Shown: positions 29,120-39,417, numbered from the stretch's first letter. The stretch is DNA of 64,000 nucleotides from Myxococcales bacterium (GCA_043747615.1 JAYTOU010000091.1:1-64000); one strand, 5' to 3'. A program made the numbers and translations. Notes: generated by a model from the sequence alone, not told the origin.

Positions 29120-30012
29120 CGGCGCGTCCGGTCGTGGACGGCGTCGCGAAGGGCAGCGTCCGCTTGATCCACGCGGACGCGCTTGAGCTCGGGCGGCACG
29201 TAGCGGCATCGAGCGCGGAGCTCGCGTACCTCGATCCCCCCTTCGCGGTCGGAAAAACGTTCTCTGCGCGCGCGCTACCCAAAGAAAAAGCCCGTGTCGC
29301 GTACGACGATCGCTGGCCTTCGCTCGAAGTGTATCTGGCGTGGCTCGAGCCCCGCATCGCCGTCGTCCGCGGTCTTCTCTCGCAGGAAGGCACGCTGTGG
29401 CTCCACCTCGATCAGCGCGCAGTGCACGAAGCAAAATGCCTTTGCGATCGGATTTTCGGATCGGGCTCTTTCATCGGCGAGGTGGTGTGGGTTCCAGGAA
29501 ACGGGAGCAAGGCGCGCCGCGGTCCGGGCATGAGCCACCAGACGCTCCTCCTGTACGCCGCTGGAAAATCGTTCATCTGGAACGGTCGCGACCCTGCCCT
29601 CCGTGCTCCTTTCGCCACGACGAGCCTCGCCATGCACTTCACGCACTCCGATGCGGACGGGCGGACCTACCGCGATCGCACCATCGGAAAAAAGACGTAC
29701 CGCTACTACGCGGACGAAGGGCGCGCGCTCGGGAGCGTGTGGTCGGACTGCCCGGCGATGGTCGCGAACACCCCGCTCCTAAGGGAAGGGACCGGCTACC
29801 CGACGCAGAAACCCCTGAAATTACTCGATCGGATCGTGCGCGCATCCACGTCGCGAGGGGGGCTGGTCCTCGATCCCTTTTGCGGGTCAGGCACGACCCT
29901 CGAAGCTGCGAGCACGCTCGGCCGACGGTCCGTCGGATGTGACATCGGGCGACTAGCCATCGACACGAGCACGAAGCGTTTGCGCGATGCCGGATGCATG
30001 GTCGAGCCATGA
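29116..30012 (+). CDS. Orphan N4/N6 DNA methyltransferase (beta class)
   Basis: YLDPPF (motif IV) precedes YPTQKP and LDPFCGSGTT (motif I); GTGA overlap with the upstream gene. Confidence 0.85.
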   Translation: MTARPVVDGVAKGSVRLIHADALELGRHVAASSAELAYLDPPFAVGKTFSARALPKEKARVAYDDRWPSLEVYLAWLEPRIAVVRGLLSQEGTLWLHLDQRAVHEAKCLCDRIFGSGSFIGEVVWVPGNGSKARRGPGMSHQTLLLYAAGKSFIWNGRDPALRAPFATTSLAMHFTHSDADGRTYRDRTIGKKTYRYYADEGRALGSVWSDCPAMVANTPLLREGTGYPTQKPLKLLDRIVRASTSRGGLVLDPFCGSGTTLEAASTLGRRSVGCDIGRLAIDTSTKRLRDAGCMVEP

Positions 30013-30590
30013 ACGCTCTGTCTCCTCTTTATCCGCTGTTCCTGCTGCTTGGCGGACGCACCGTCGTCGTGCTTGGCGCGGGTGCCGTGGCGGAGCGGAA
30101 GATCGAAGAGCTGATCGGCGCCGGAGCCAGGGTGCGGGTCGTCGCTCCCGAAGCTACCGACCGCGTTCGCGCGCTCGTTGCGGGATCCGCCGTTACCTGG
30201 GAAAGACGAGCGTTTGCACCCTCGGATCTCGACGGTGTGTGGCTCGTCGTCTCCGCCACTGGCGACGCCGAAGTGCAGCGCCGCATCTTCCAGGAGGCAG
30301 AGGCCCGCCATGTCTTCGTCCTCGCCGTCGACGACCTTCCCCACGGCTCCGCTTACGGAGGCGCGATCATTCGCCGCCCGCCCTTCATCGTCTCGATATC
30401 GTCGTCGGCGGAAGCTCCAGGCCTCACCCGCCTTCTACGCGAAGTCATCGAGCAAGCCCTCCCGGACGAGCGCTGGGTCGCAGCTGCCAGGACGCTTCGG
30501 GCGCGCTGGAAAAAAGACAAGACGCCCATGGCCTCTCGCTTCGCCGAGCTTCTCCGCGAGTTCACTAAAATGGACAGAAGCGACGGTTAG
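30009..30590 (+). CDS. Precorrin-2 dehydrogenase/sirohydrochlorin ferrochelatase (CysG N-terminal/SirC type)
   Basis: YPLFLLL, GAGAVAERKI Rossmann motif, ATGD, AVDD. Confidence 0.85.
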   Translation: MNALSPLYPLFLLLGGRTVVVLGAGAVAERKIEELIGAGARVRVVAPEATDRVRALVAGSAVTWERRAFAPSDLDGVWLVVSATGDAEVQRRIFQEAEARHVFVLAVDDLPHGSAYGGAIIRRPPFIVSISSSAEAPGLTRLLREVIEQALPDERWVAAARTLRARWKKDKTPMASRFAELLREFTKMDRSDG

Positions 30591-30596
30591 CGGCCG

Positions 30597-31385
30597 TTAC
30601 GCCCTCTTGAGACGCGCGGATTTTCTCTCTGTTTCGATGGCGACGCTCACCACCCGATGAGCAACCACCTCGCCGACGATGACCAGCGCGGGCGGCTGGA
30701 TCCCCGCCGCTTCGACCTTCTGCGCGAGATCGGCCAGGCTTCCGAGCACCAAGCGCTCGTTCGGCAAGGTGGCCGAAGCCACGACGGCGGCCGGCGTGCT
30801 CGGACTGCGGCCTTGAGCGATGAGCCCAGCGATGGCTTCTGTCAGCTTCCCGAGCCCCATGTAGAAGACGAGCGTTCCTTCGGCCGGAAGCGACGGCGAC
30901 AGACGCCACGCTTCTCCGGATTGCGCGTGCGCCGTTGCCAAGGTAACCGACCGAGAGACCTCGCGATGGGTGAGCGGAATGCCCACGCTCGCAGCCGCAC
31001 CCAGAGCCGCCGAGATGCCGGGCACCACTTCGAACGGCACGCGAGCGTCGGTGAGCTCCGCGGCCTCCTCCCCTCCACGCCCGAAGACGAAGGGGTCGCC
31101 TCCCTTCAAACGGACAACCGTCTTTCCTTCGAGAGCACGCAGGATCACCGACGGATGGATCTTCGCTTCGTGATGCCGGCACCCGCTCGCCCTCCGGCCC
31201 ACCGTGATGCGCTCGGCATAGGTGGGCGCTAGGGCGAGGATCTCCTCGGAGACGAGCTCGTCGTAGGCCAGCACCTCCGCCTCGCGAATGAGGCGGTATG
31301 CCTTCATGGTGAGGAGCTCCGGGTCGCCCGGGCCAGCGCCCACCAACCAAACTTTGCCTCGTCGAATCCTTCGCACACCGCTCAT
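30597..31385 (-). CDS. cobA: Uroporphyrinogen-III C-methyltransferase
   Basis: VWLVGAGPGDPELLT, VVRLKGGDPFVFGRGGEE, VVPGISA. Confidence 0.93.
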   Translation of the reverse strand: MSGVRRIRRGKVWLVGAGPGDPELLTMKAYRLIREAEVLAYDELVSEEILALAPTYAERITVGRRASGCRHHEAKIHPSVILRALEGKTVVRLKGGDPFVFGRGGEEAAELTDARVPFEVVPGISAALGAAASVGIPLTHREVSRSVTLATAHAQSGEAWRLSPSLPAEGTLVFYMGLGKLTEAIAGLIAQGRSPSTPAAVVASATLPNERLVLGSLADLAQKVEAAGIQPPALVIVGEVVAHRVVSVAIETERKSARLKRA

Positions 31386-31427
31386 CTCACGTTCCTTTGG
31401 TGCCAACATTCGCCACGGCGAACGCGT

Positions 31428-31459
31428 GTCTAGTATAGTGGACGGGCACCGAGGGTCAA
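31428..31459 (-). promoter_or_regulatory. Sigma70-type promoter of cobA overlapped by an imperfect palindrome (candidate XRE operator)
   Basis: Minus strand TTGACC-N16-TATACT; palindrome GTCTAGTATAGTGGAC at 31428-31443 covers the -10. Confidence 0.55.
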
Positions 31460-31469
31460 CGGGTGCGAC

Positions 31470-32123
31470 TCAGCGTTGGTACATAATCGCGTTGTGATAT
31501 CTGGCCTCGGAGCCGCCCGGATTCTCGTAGGCGTGCCGACCGTCGGCGGGAAACGCGATCGAGTCCCCCGCGGCGAGGTCGTACGACTCCGTCCCGAGGT
31601 GCATTCGAAGCGATCCACTGAGCACTACGAGGAGCTCGTGGGTACCGGGCGCGTGAGGGTCGGAGAGGTGCGTCGAGCGCGCGGCGAGACGAAGCTCGTA
31701 GAGCTCCACATTCGGCGAAGACCCGGCCGGGGCGAGAGGGCGACTCTCTAGCTTGCCGTCCAGGGAACGCAGCACTTGCCCATCCGTGCGCCGCAGGATC
31801 GACACTTCGGCCTTTGCGGCTCCGATCAGATCGGCGAAGGGCACGCCGAGACCGACAGCGATTTTCCAGAGGAGACCGACGGTCGGATTGGATTTGTGGG
31901 TCTCGATTTGGGAGAGCGCTGCGCGGCTGACGCCCGAGGCCTGGGCCAGATCGTCGAGTGACATTCGGCGCGCCTTACGACGTTCGCGGAGGTTGTCAGC
32001 CACGCGCCGCCCAAGCTCGGCGGCTCCGATGTCGTCACCGTCATGGACGCGCCCGCGCCGCGCTGAAGAGGCACTCGCCGTAACCGGAGGTCCGCTCCGT
32101 CGAATCGTCTTGCGTGCAGCCAA
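31470..32123 (-). CDS. XRE-family HTH + cupin transcriptional regulator (SutR/PuuR-like)
   Basis: SLDDLAQASGVSRAALSQIE..SNPT HTH; C-terminal cupin H..G..E...GDSIAF...H.YEN. Start codon uncertain. Confidence 0.88.
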   Translation of the reverse strand: MAARKTIRRSGPPVTASASSARRGRVHDGDDIGAAELGRRVADNLRERRKARRMSLDDLAQASGVSRAALSQIETHKSNPTVGLLWKIAVGLGVPFADLIGAAKAEVSILRRTDGQVLRSLDGKLESRPLAPAGSSPNVELYELRLAARSTHLSDPHAPGTHELLVVLSGSLRMHLGTESYDLAAGDSIAFPADGRHAYENPGGSEARYHNAIMYQR

Positions 32124-32220
32124 GGGCGCCTCCCGTACACTGGACAGGCGAATGTTATAGCAGACGGCGATGCGAAGTCAGCGATGAAAAACCACCGCCA
32201 ACCGCGTGTAGCCTCGAGGG

Positions 32221-32811
32221 ATGCCCAGCACGCGACTCCTCGGCGCAATCGTCGCACTCGTCGTCGGCGGATTCTTGGTCGGCGCGTGGTTCTTCTACGC
32301 AATGAACGAAGAGGTTGTTGTCGACAACACGGGAACGACGGAGGTCAGCATCTTCGTGGACGGAACGAAGGCGGGATCGATCCTCCCCAATGTCCTTGAA
32401 ACGAAGCCTAGATCCATCCGCGTGACGCGTGGCAAGCACACGCTCGCGTACGCCATCGGATCCGCAGACAAACCCGTAGAGTCGACGGACGTCGAGGTCA
32501 CCGATGCTCCCGTTCATCTCTACAACCCCGGCAAGACCTCTTGCTACTGGGTGTACGGCGGGGGAGCGTCGGGGCCGCGTCACGTCGAAGCCTATTACGA
32601 GTTCGCGTCGATCGATGGCTGGTTCACCCCGAGCTCCGGCGGCGTGTCTCTCCAGCGCAATCGAGCCTGCGTCGCCCTCAGCGAAAAACACTGCCCCATC
32701 GCGCTCCGCAACGAGCTGGTCGACTGCCAGGCGCGCGCAGCGACGGACGCCGAGCGCACACGCTGCGTCGACCAAGCGCTCGACGACTGCGCATTTCGCT
32801 CGCGGCAGTAG
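32221..32811 (+). CDS. Hypothetical membrane-anchored protein
   Basis: Single N-terminal TM segment, beta-rich middle, Cys-containing C-terminus; GAGGG before the ATG. Confidence 0.6.
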   Translation: MPSTRLLGAIVALVVGGFLVGAWFFYAMNEEVVVDNTGTTEVSIFVDGTKAGSILPNVLETKPRSIRVTRGKHTLAYAIGSADKPVESTDVEVTDAPVHLYNPGKTSCYWVYGGGASGPRHVEAYYEFASIDGWFTPSSGGVSLQRNRACVALSEKHCPIALRNELVDCQARAATDAERTRCVDQALDDCAFRSRQ

Positions 32812-32827
32812 CGCTCGCCGGCGGTGG

Positions 32828-34243
32828 CTAGGGCCTCGACACGACCCTCGCCAGCGGAGCTTCCGCGATCCAGCGATCGATCTCGACCAGCGCTCGCTCG
32901 GAGAGAGCGGCGTAGCGATCGCGCTTCTTGAGGCGGCGATTTTCGTGCGGTGGCAAGCACGCCCAGGTGATGTTCGAAGGCTGAAATCGTGGCTGAGGGC
33001 GCATCAAGTGGGTGCGAATACCACCGAGCGCGGTAGCCGCGGGGGGCGGCGTGAGAGGCTCTCCCGCAAGCACCTGGGCGAGCATCACCCCGCACAGAAA
33101 CCCGCCCGCGCAGCTCTCTACGTAGCCCTCGACGCCCGTCACCTGCCCAGCGAGAAACACATTCGGGCACGCGCGAAGTTGCATGCGCTCGTCGAGAAGA
33201 GCGGGCGCGTCGACGAACGTGTTTCGATGCACCGTCCCGAAACGCATGATCTCGCACTCCTCGAGTCCGGGGATCATCCGGAAGACCCGGGTTTGCTCGG
33301 CGTACGTCATGCGCGTTTGAAAGCCGACGAGGTTGTAGGCAGTGGCGCCCGCATCCTCCGCGCGAAGCTGCACCACCGCGAAGGGCCGCTTGCCGGTCTT
33401 TGGATCGGTAAGCCCCACCGGCTTCATCGGACCAAACGCGAGCGTCAGCTCACCGCGCTCGGCCATAACGTCGATCGGCAGACATCCCTCGAAGTAACGG
33501 ACGTCTTCGAACGAGCGAGCTTCCACTTTTTGCGCGCCGACCACCGCAGCGACGAACGCCTTGTATCCGGCTTCATCGAAGGGACAGTTCACGTACGCTT
33601 CGTCGCCGAGCGCGGTCGCATCCCGCTCGTCCTTGTGGCCGGCGGGGTGATTGAGATCGGGATCGCCCTCCCCGCCCTTTCCCCAGCGTGACTGGCGAAA
33701 GACCTTGTCCCAAAGGATGGATTCGGCGGCAACGATCGGCGCGATGGCGTCGTAGTACGCAAGGTGCGCGGCGCCGACTTTCGATGCGAGATCGGCGGCA
33801 AGCTCGTCGCCAGTGAGCGGTCCGGTCGCGAGGATCACCGGGGAGCGCCCGCTCGCCTCGGGGATGGTCATCACGACGCGGTGCTCGAGCGTGATCCGCG
33901 GATGCCCTTCGATGCGCCTGGTGACCGCCGCACCGAACACGTCGCGATCCACGGCGAGCGCGCCCCCTGCGGGGACCTTTGCTTCGTCTGCACACCTCAA
34001 GATCAGTGAGCCCGCCCGCCTCAGCTCCTCCTTGAGAAGCCCCACCGCGTTCACCAGGGCGGCCCCGCGAAGCGAGTTCGAGCACACTAGCTCGCACAAC
34101 GAGTCGGTGGTCTGCGCAGCCGTCCGCCTCACCGGCTTCTGCTCGATGAGCGTCACCTCGAAGCCGCGCTCGGCGAGTTGCCACGCGGCCTCGCACCCCG
34201 CGAGCCCACCGCCTACGATTTGGACGCGCTCCTCATCACTCAT
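32828..34243 (-). CDS. trmFO: Methylenetetrahydrofolate-tRNA (uracil-5-)-methyltransferase
   Basis: [45 protein letters not shown]. Confidence 0.95.
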   Translation of the reverse strand: MSDEERVQIVGGGLAGCEAAWQLAERGFEVTLIEQKPVRRTAAQTTDSLCELVCSNSLRGAALVNAVGLLKEELRRAGSLILRCADEAKVPAGGALAVDRDVFGAAVTRRIEGHPRITLEHRVVMTIPEASGRSPVILATGPLTGDELAADLASKVGAAHLAYYDAIAPIVAAESILWDKVFRQSRWGKGGEGDPDLNHPAGHKDERDATALGDEAYVNCPFDEAGYKAFVAAVVGAQKVEARSFEDVRYFEGCLPIDVMAERGELTLAFGPMKPVGLTDPKTGKRPFAVVQLRAEDAGATAYNLVGFQTRMTYAEQTRVFRMIPGLEECEIMRFGTVHRNTFVDAPALLDERMQLRACPNVFLAGQVTGVEGYVESCAGGFLCGVMLAQVLAGEPLTPPPAATALGGIRTHLMRPQPRFQPSNITWACLPPHENRRLKKRDRYAALSERALVEIDRWIAEAPLARVVSRP

Positions 34244-34253
34244 GCGAGATCAC

Positions 34254-34670
34254 TCAATGAGTGAGGTTCAGTCCGGTGTACGTCTTCGCCACGCGAAGGA
34301 TCGCGTCGACCGAGAACGGCTTCACGATCACGTCGACGATCCCAAAGGCGGCGCGCGAGAAGTTCACGGGATGCGCCGACATCACCACCACCGGGACCTT
34401 CCTGAGATCGGGGTCGGCCATGCGCGCTTCGAGAAACTCAGCGCCCGTCATCACCGGCATGTGCATGTCGAGGATGATCAAGCTTGGCACGCCGCCGCGC
34501 CGGATCTCCTCGAGGGCGCCCGCTCCGTTGGTGGCCCAGCCGACTTCGTAGCCGGCAGCCGCCATGACCTCCACGAGCATCTCAAGGAGATCTTCGTCGT
34601 CCTCGACCACCAAGATCGTCTTGAGCTTCTCCGCGTCGAGCGGACCCCTCAGCCGTCCCTTCGAGAGCAC
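34254..34670 (-). CDS. Single-domain response regulator (receiver)
   Basis: ILVVEDD, ILDMHMPVMTG, VMSA, KPF. Confidence 0.88.
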   Translation of the reverse strand: MLSKGRLRGPLDAEKLKTILVVEDDEDLLEMLVEVMAAAGYEVGWATNGAGALEEIRRGGVPSLIILDMHMPVMTGAEFLEARMADPDLRKVPVVVMSAHPVNFSRAAFGIVDVIVKPFSVDAILRVAKTYTGLNLTH

Positions 34671-34688
34671 AGCTCGGTCTTTCGGCGA

Positions 34689-35771
34689 CTAATAACGGAT
34701 GGTGAGCGTCGCGTAGAGCTCGGAGTTTTGCCGGTAGCCGGCGTAAACGTGCGAGTTGCCGTCGTGGAGAAGAGACGTGTACCCGATCGTCGGGTCGCCC
34801 TGCGCGAAGGCAACGCTGGCGTCCGAGTGGAAGCCGAGAAACGAAGGAAGGATGTAGCGAACGAAAACTTCGCCGCCGTACGTCTGGCCAATCGGCTGCT
34901 GCGCACCGTTCGTGACGAGCAACGTGCGAACGTTCCCGGAGTTCATGGGCGCGCCGTTTCCCACGTCGTAGTACCAAAGGTACGCCACCGCGAGATCCGC
35001 GCCGACCGACAGTTGGGGATGGAACGGCAACGAGTATTCGGCAGAGAGACCGAAGCCGAGGCGATACTTCAAGTTCTGAGTGCCGCCGTCCGAGCTCTCG
35101 CGGAAGCGATCGATGTTGACCTCGCCGTAGCCGCGCGGCTCGACACGAAGGTATCTCCCGAACTCCTTTTCGAGGCTCACGTAAACGCGGGGCGACGTGA
35201 TGTTGCCCTCTTTTTGGCTTCGGAATGAGATCGGCGCCGTGACCCAGGCGCCGGGCTTCAGCGTCAGCTGCCACGGAAGCGCGATGTGACGCGTGTACTG
35301 GAGGATGAGGTCGTCCATGCGCCAACCGCTCTCGCCCGGGTCGGCGATGAAGCGCTCGAGGAGGTAACCACGAAGGCGCAGGCGATCGTTCTTGGTGAAG
35401 TCGTATTCAACGGCAGCAGCAAGTACGTTGATTTGCTTGTTGGCCGCTGCGCCGTTCAAGTCCTCCTGACGAATCAGGCGGTGGACCTCGAAGCCCGCCG
35501 AGACTTCCCACTTCTTCTGTTCGAGATCGCGCGCGTCGACCCGATCGGGATCCACGACCCTGTCGACTTCGCCGTCGTAGCCGCCAACGCTGAGTCCGGT
35601 CGAACCGCGGCCGCCCGCGCTGGCACTGGAGGATCCGCCGCCGGCACCACGTCCGCCGGCGCCGCCGCCGGCCCCGCCGCCACCCTTACCGCCCCCTTTT
35701 TCGCCAGCAGCGCTAGCGCTCCCCACGACGAGGAGCGCGGCAAGGAGAATCTTCACTGTCGTCAATCGCAT
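34689..35771 (-). CDS. Hypothetical outer-membrane beta-barrel protein
   Basis: Signal peptide, Gly-rich linker, many amphipathic aromatic-rich strands, C-terminal YATLTIRY beta-signal. Confidence 0.7.
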   Translation of the reverse strand: MRLTTVKILLAALLVVGSASAAGEKGGGKGGGGAGGGAGGRGAGGGSSSASAGGRGSTGLSVGGYDGEVDRVVDPDRVDARDLEQKKWEVSAGFEVHRLIRQEDLNGAAANKQINVLAAAVEYDFTKNDRLRLRGYLLERFIADPGESGWRMDDLILQYTRHIALPWQLTLKPGAWVTAPISFRSQKEGNITSPRVYVSLEKEFGRYLRVEPRGYGEVNIDRFRESSDGGTQNLKYRLGFGLSAEYSLPFHPQLSVGADLAVAYLWYYDVGNGAPMNSGNVRTLLVTNGAQQPIGQTYGGEVFVRYILPSFLGFHSDASVAFAQGDPTIGYTSLLHDGNSHVYAGYRQNSELYATLTIRY

Positions 35772-35790
35772 GGCTCGCTCCGTTGACCAC

Positions 35791-35825
35791 GCGCGGATCG
35801 AGCCCGCAAAGGCCCCGACCCGCGC
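35791..35825 (-). other. Intercistronic RNA hairpin
   Basis: Minus strand GCGCGGGTCGGG...CTCGATCCGCGC forms a 12-bp stem with two G-U pairs that form only on the coding strand; no U-tract. Confidence 0.6.
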
Positions 35826-35832
35826 AGTGACG

Positions 35833-38800
35833 TCAGTTGTACTGCTGGAAGAGATCCATGAAGTACTTCACCTGACGGAGGTCGCCGTAAAGATCCGGCC
35901 CGAAGTTACCGTCGGACTCGAGCTTGATGACGTCCGTGTTGTAGTTACGAACAATGAGGTACGCGGCCGTGTTCCGGTCGCGATCGACGACCACCCACTG
36001 GTTGCGGTCCTGTACGAAGATCCAGGCGTAGCGACGATTGTCGGGGCCGAGGAACTCGTTGTAGGCGTCCGAGTGATTCAGGTCCGTCGACCTCGCCTGT
36101 TTCACGCGCGGGTCGTAAAGGCAGCTCGTCACGTCGGCGCAGGCGAACGGGGCGGGCCCCAGGTTCGATTGGGCTGACACGGTCGTGTGGAACTGGACCT
36201 GGAGCGTGCGGAAGAAGTTCAGGAAGTCCGCCTCGCGGAAGAAGACCTTGCCGCCAGTCCAATCGCGAATCTCGGTACGTCCGGAGAAGTTGACGTCGTG
36301 CGTAGCCTTCGAGAACTGCATGACGGCGAGGGGGCGTGCGAACGGGAAGACGTCGTACTGACCGCCGATCATCGAGTCGACCGCCGTCTCGGCAACGGTC
36401 TGGTACACGGGGTCGCCGAACTCGCTGCTGTACGACGACAGGTACACACCGCCGGCCTGGTCGGGATCGAAGTTGTCGACTTGCCAGATGTCCGTCCACG
36501 ACTGGAGTGCGATCAGCTTGTCGAGGAAGATGCCCTGCTGGGTCGTGTCGCCGTAAAAGTTGTCGTAGATCGTCTTGTACGGGCGCTCTCCGGAGCCCTG
36601 CTGAATGAGGGCTTCGTGGAAGGCGCCGACCATCGCGTTCGCGCCGGAGATGTCAGCGGTGAACTTGTCGACGAGCTGGTCGTAGTAGGTCGCGGCGACA
36701 GCACCCGCGGGAGGCGCGACTCCAATGCGGCGGAGCGTGTCGGTGATTTCGGAGTGGCTCCAGTCAAACGTCCACATCGGCATGAAGCGCCGCATGTCGT
36801 GGATGATTTGGGTGGGCGCGTCTGCGTAGGCGCTGAAGTCCACGAACTTCCGGTACAAGCGGAAGTTACGCCACTTGTAGTTCCATTCGTAGTCGTCGAT
36901 CTGCGCGGCGATGATCTCGCTCGGCGTGGAGCCGAAGTCGAACTGGTGGCAGAGCGGCGAGTACTGAAGGTGGTTGGCGTTGCAGAACAGGTACGCCTGC
37001 TCGGTCTTCGCGTCCGCCTTGTAGCCGTGGGGATCGTTCCAGGGCTGCGTCGGTGAGGTCTGACCGGAGATGCCGAGGGCCTTCGGGGCCTTGGGATCCG
37101 GGTTCGACTTGCTGTTGGCGTAGATGAAGGAGATGGCTCCCTGATCGTACGGGCCCCAGCCCTGCCCGCCGGACGCGTTCTTCCAGAACACGCGGTCGGG
37201 GGTGGCGTTGTATTCCATGACCGACGACTGGTACATGCCGACGTGGTCGCGGCCCTCCGCGTCCTTGTAGTGTGGGAAGTTCGGGCGATCGACCGAGGCC
37301 ATGAAGTTGTGGTCAAGGCCGATGGCGTGCCCGAACTCATGCCACACCGTGAGGGCATGGTAGCTCTGCACGAGGGAGTCGATGTACTGCTTGCGCGTCT
37401 CCCACACTCCGTTGACGCAGTGACGGGCATCGCGCTCGAACACCTGCATAAGGGAGATGAGGCCGGCGTCGTCGAACTGCGCCGTGCCGTGGTTGAAGTT
37501 CTTCATGTACATCGCCCGATTGTGATCGAGCTGCGCGCGGTGGAGCTTGTCGAGGAACTGCGCTCCGCTGGCGAGGCCGGTCGCACCGAGGCTGGTGTCG
37601 TAGGGAACGACGCCGTGATCGAGGTCCGCCATCAGATTGTGGAAGTCGGTGTTCTTGGCGCGCGCCTGGAACTGCGCGGTCGGCCCGAACGCCGCTTTTC
37701 CGCCTTCCGGCGTGACGAAGAAGTTCGCCGCGGGGTCCGCGTAGAGTTGGTACGGGATCATCTGGAAGTACGCGTTGAAGAAGTCGGCGTCTTGGGGGAC
37801 GACGAAGTCCTGCGGACCGAGCTTGCCGAACACAGCGGCCGGCTTCTGCAGGTACTCTTGCATCTTCGCGTAGATGGTCGATCGCCCGTTGTGGTTGAGC
37901 GCAGTGACCGCGGGGTCGAAGGGAATCACGTCCCCGTCTTTGCAGTTCGCGGGGCCGGGCGGCCACTCACCGGTAACGGGGTCGAGCGCCATCTGCGCGC
38001 CAATCGACTCGAGGTAGAAGTCGAGACGGGTGGTGACGCGATCCGTCAGCTGGAAGGCCGCGATGTTTACCGACGACGAGATGAGCTCTCCCGTGCGTGG
38101 ATCGGCAACGAACTGGGTGACGCCGATGAAGGGGCTGCCCGTGTCGATGTCTTCTTCCCAGCGAATGAAGTTGTACCGAACATCGCCGAACGTTCGCGGG
38201 TGGCCGCAGAAATTCCCGCCGCCCTTGGAGTCTTTCAAACAGACTTGTCCGGGGGCAATGCCGCCAGCGGGGGTGCACGCCGCAGGCATGGCCATGGGAT
38301 CGCAATCCGGCGCGCCGTCGGGACGAACCATGTCCGCATCGAAGTTCTTGACTGATAGGCGGATGTCCGCCTTCGCATCGGCGAAGAGAGCATTCGTCTG
38401 ATAGACGATCCCGTTAGGATCCGTGAACATCGCCTTGTACTGCTCGGGGTACCCTGGAGCGAAGTAGTAGACGAGGGGCTTCTTGGGGTTGAAGCGGTTC
38501 GCCAGCTGCCGCGCACCCACGAGGCCCGTTGCGTCATCGCGAGCGATGGCGATCGTGTCGATCGTGCCGTACTTGCGGCGAATCGGGTCTTTTTCGGCGA
38601 TTTCCAGGGGCACGTACGCCGTCGGCGACATGGTGTCGAGGGGGGTCGCGCGGGTCATCGAGTAGAGGATGTTGAACGTCGTCGCTCCGCGGGGCAGCTT
38701 GTTCGCAAGATCCGCCGCTTGCGCGCCGTACGTGCAGCCGGCGTTGGCCACGCTCGAGAACGGCAGCGTTACCTGAACCGACCACTGGATGTAGTTGCTC

Positions 38801-39417
38801 GCCTCGTCGACCTGGAACGAATCCGGCACGAGGGTCGAGAACGCGTTCGCGGCGTCCGCGCACTGGTTGAGAACGGCCGCTGCCGCAGGTCCGAGGGCGG
38901 CGAGGTCGTTGACGCTATTCTTCCCGAGGTTGACCTTGATGTACTGGCGCTGCTGCCAGTCGAGCTCCTGGTTTTCCTCGATGAAGTTCGTTTTTTCGCC
39001 GTCGAGATTCACGCGGTACTTGATGTCCACGTTCGTTGCCGGCCACGCGTTCAGGATTTCGGGGGTTCGCGTCGCCTGGCTTTTCGAACCCTCCGAGAGC
39101 TCGCGGAGGTTGATGACCTCGAGTGTGTCGGAGGTGACGCTGAAGCGGACGTACTGGGTACCTTCCGCGCCGGTGAACAAGTTGAGCTCGGCGTACGGAT
39201 TCGGCGTGGTGGTCGACTGGATCGTTGCCTTCATGAACCAGCCCGGGTCTTGCGCCGTCGCGTCCGGTGGTTGGACGAGGAACGCCTTCCGGAGGTACTG
39301 GCTCTCGTTGAAGACGCCGTTACGCGACGGACGGTCGGCGACGCAACCCATGGCAACCGAGCTGCCGATGGCGAGCACGCCTACTGCGAGAAATGCACGA
39401 AGAGTATTTTTAGTCAT
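35833..39417 (-). CDS. Large zinc-dependent metzincin lipoprotein (EcxA-like)
   Basis: Lipobox AMG-C, GDVRYNFIRW, DPRTGELIS, HEFGHAIGLDH (HExxHxxGxxH), Met-turn SSVMEY. Confidence 0.88.
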   Translation of the reverse strand: MTKNTLRAFLAVGVLAIGSSVAMGCVADRPSRNGVFNESQYLRKAFLVQPPDATAQDPGWFMKATIQSTTTPNPYAELNLFTGAEGTQYVRFSVTSDTLEVINLRELSEGSKSQATRTPEILNAWPATNVDIKYRVNLDGEKTNFIEENQELDWQQRQYIKVNLGKNSVNDLAALGPAAAAVLNQCADAANAFSTLVPDSFQVDEASNYIQWSVQVTLPFSSVANAGCTYGAQAADLANKLPRGATTFNILYSMTRATPLDTMSPTAYVPLEIAEKDPIRRKYGTIDTIAIARDDATGLVGARQLANRFNPKKPLVYYFAPGYPEQYKAMFTDPNGIVYQTNALFADAKADIRLSVKNFDADMVRPDGAPDCDPMAMPAACTPAGGIAPGQVCLKDSKGGGNFCGHPRTFGDVRYNFIRWEEDIDTGSPFIGVTQFVADPRTGELISSSVNIAAFQLTDRVTTRLDFYLESIGAQMALDPVTGEWPPGPANCKDGDVIPFDPAVTALNHNGRSTIYAKMQEYLQKPAAVFGKLGPQDFVVPQDADFFNAYFQMIPYQLYADPAANFFVTPEGGKAAFGPTAQFQARAKNTDFHNLMADLDHGVVPYDTSLGATGLASGAQFLDKLHRAQLDHNRAMYMKNFNHGTAQFDDAGLISLMQVFERDARHCVNGVWETRKQYIDSLVQSYHALTVWHEFGHAIGLDHNFMASVDRPNFPHYKDAEGRDHVGMYQSSVMEYNATPDRVFWKNASGGQGWGPYDQGAISFIYANSKSNPDPKAPKALGISGQTSPTQPWNDPHGYKADAKTEQAYLFCNANHLQYSPLCHQFDFGSTPSEIIAAQIDDYEWNYKWRNFRLYRKFVDFSAYADAPTQIIHDMRRFMPMWTFDWSHSEITDTLRRIGVAPPAGAVAATYYDQLVDKFTADISGANAMVGAFHEALIQQGSGERPYKTIYDNFYGDTTQQGIFLDKLIALQSWTDIWQVDNFDPDQAGGVYLSSYSSEFGDPVYQTVAETAVDSMIGGQYDVFPFARPLAVMQFSKATHDVNFSGRTEIRDWTGGKVFFREADFLNFFRTLQVQFHTTVSAQSNLGPAPFACADVTSCLYDPRVKQARSTDLNHSDAYNEFLGPDNRRYAWIFVQDRNQWVVVDRDRNTAAYLIVRNYNTDVIKLESDGNFGPDLYGDLRQVKYFMDLFQQYN

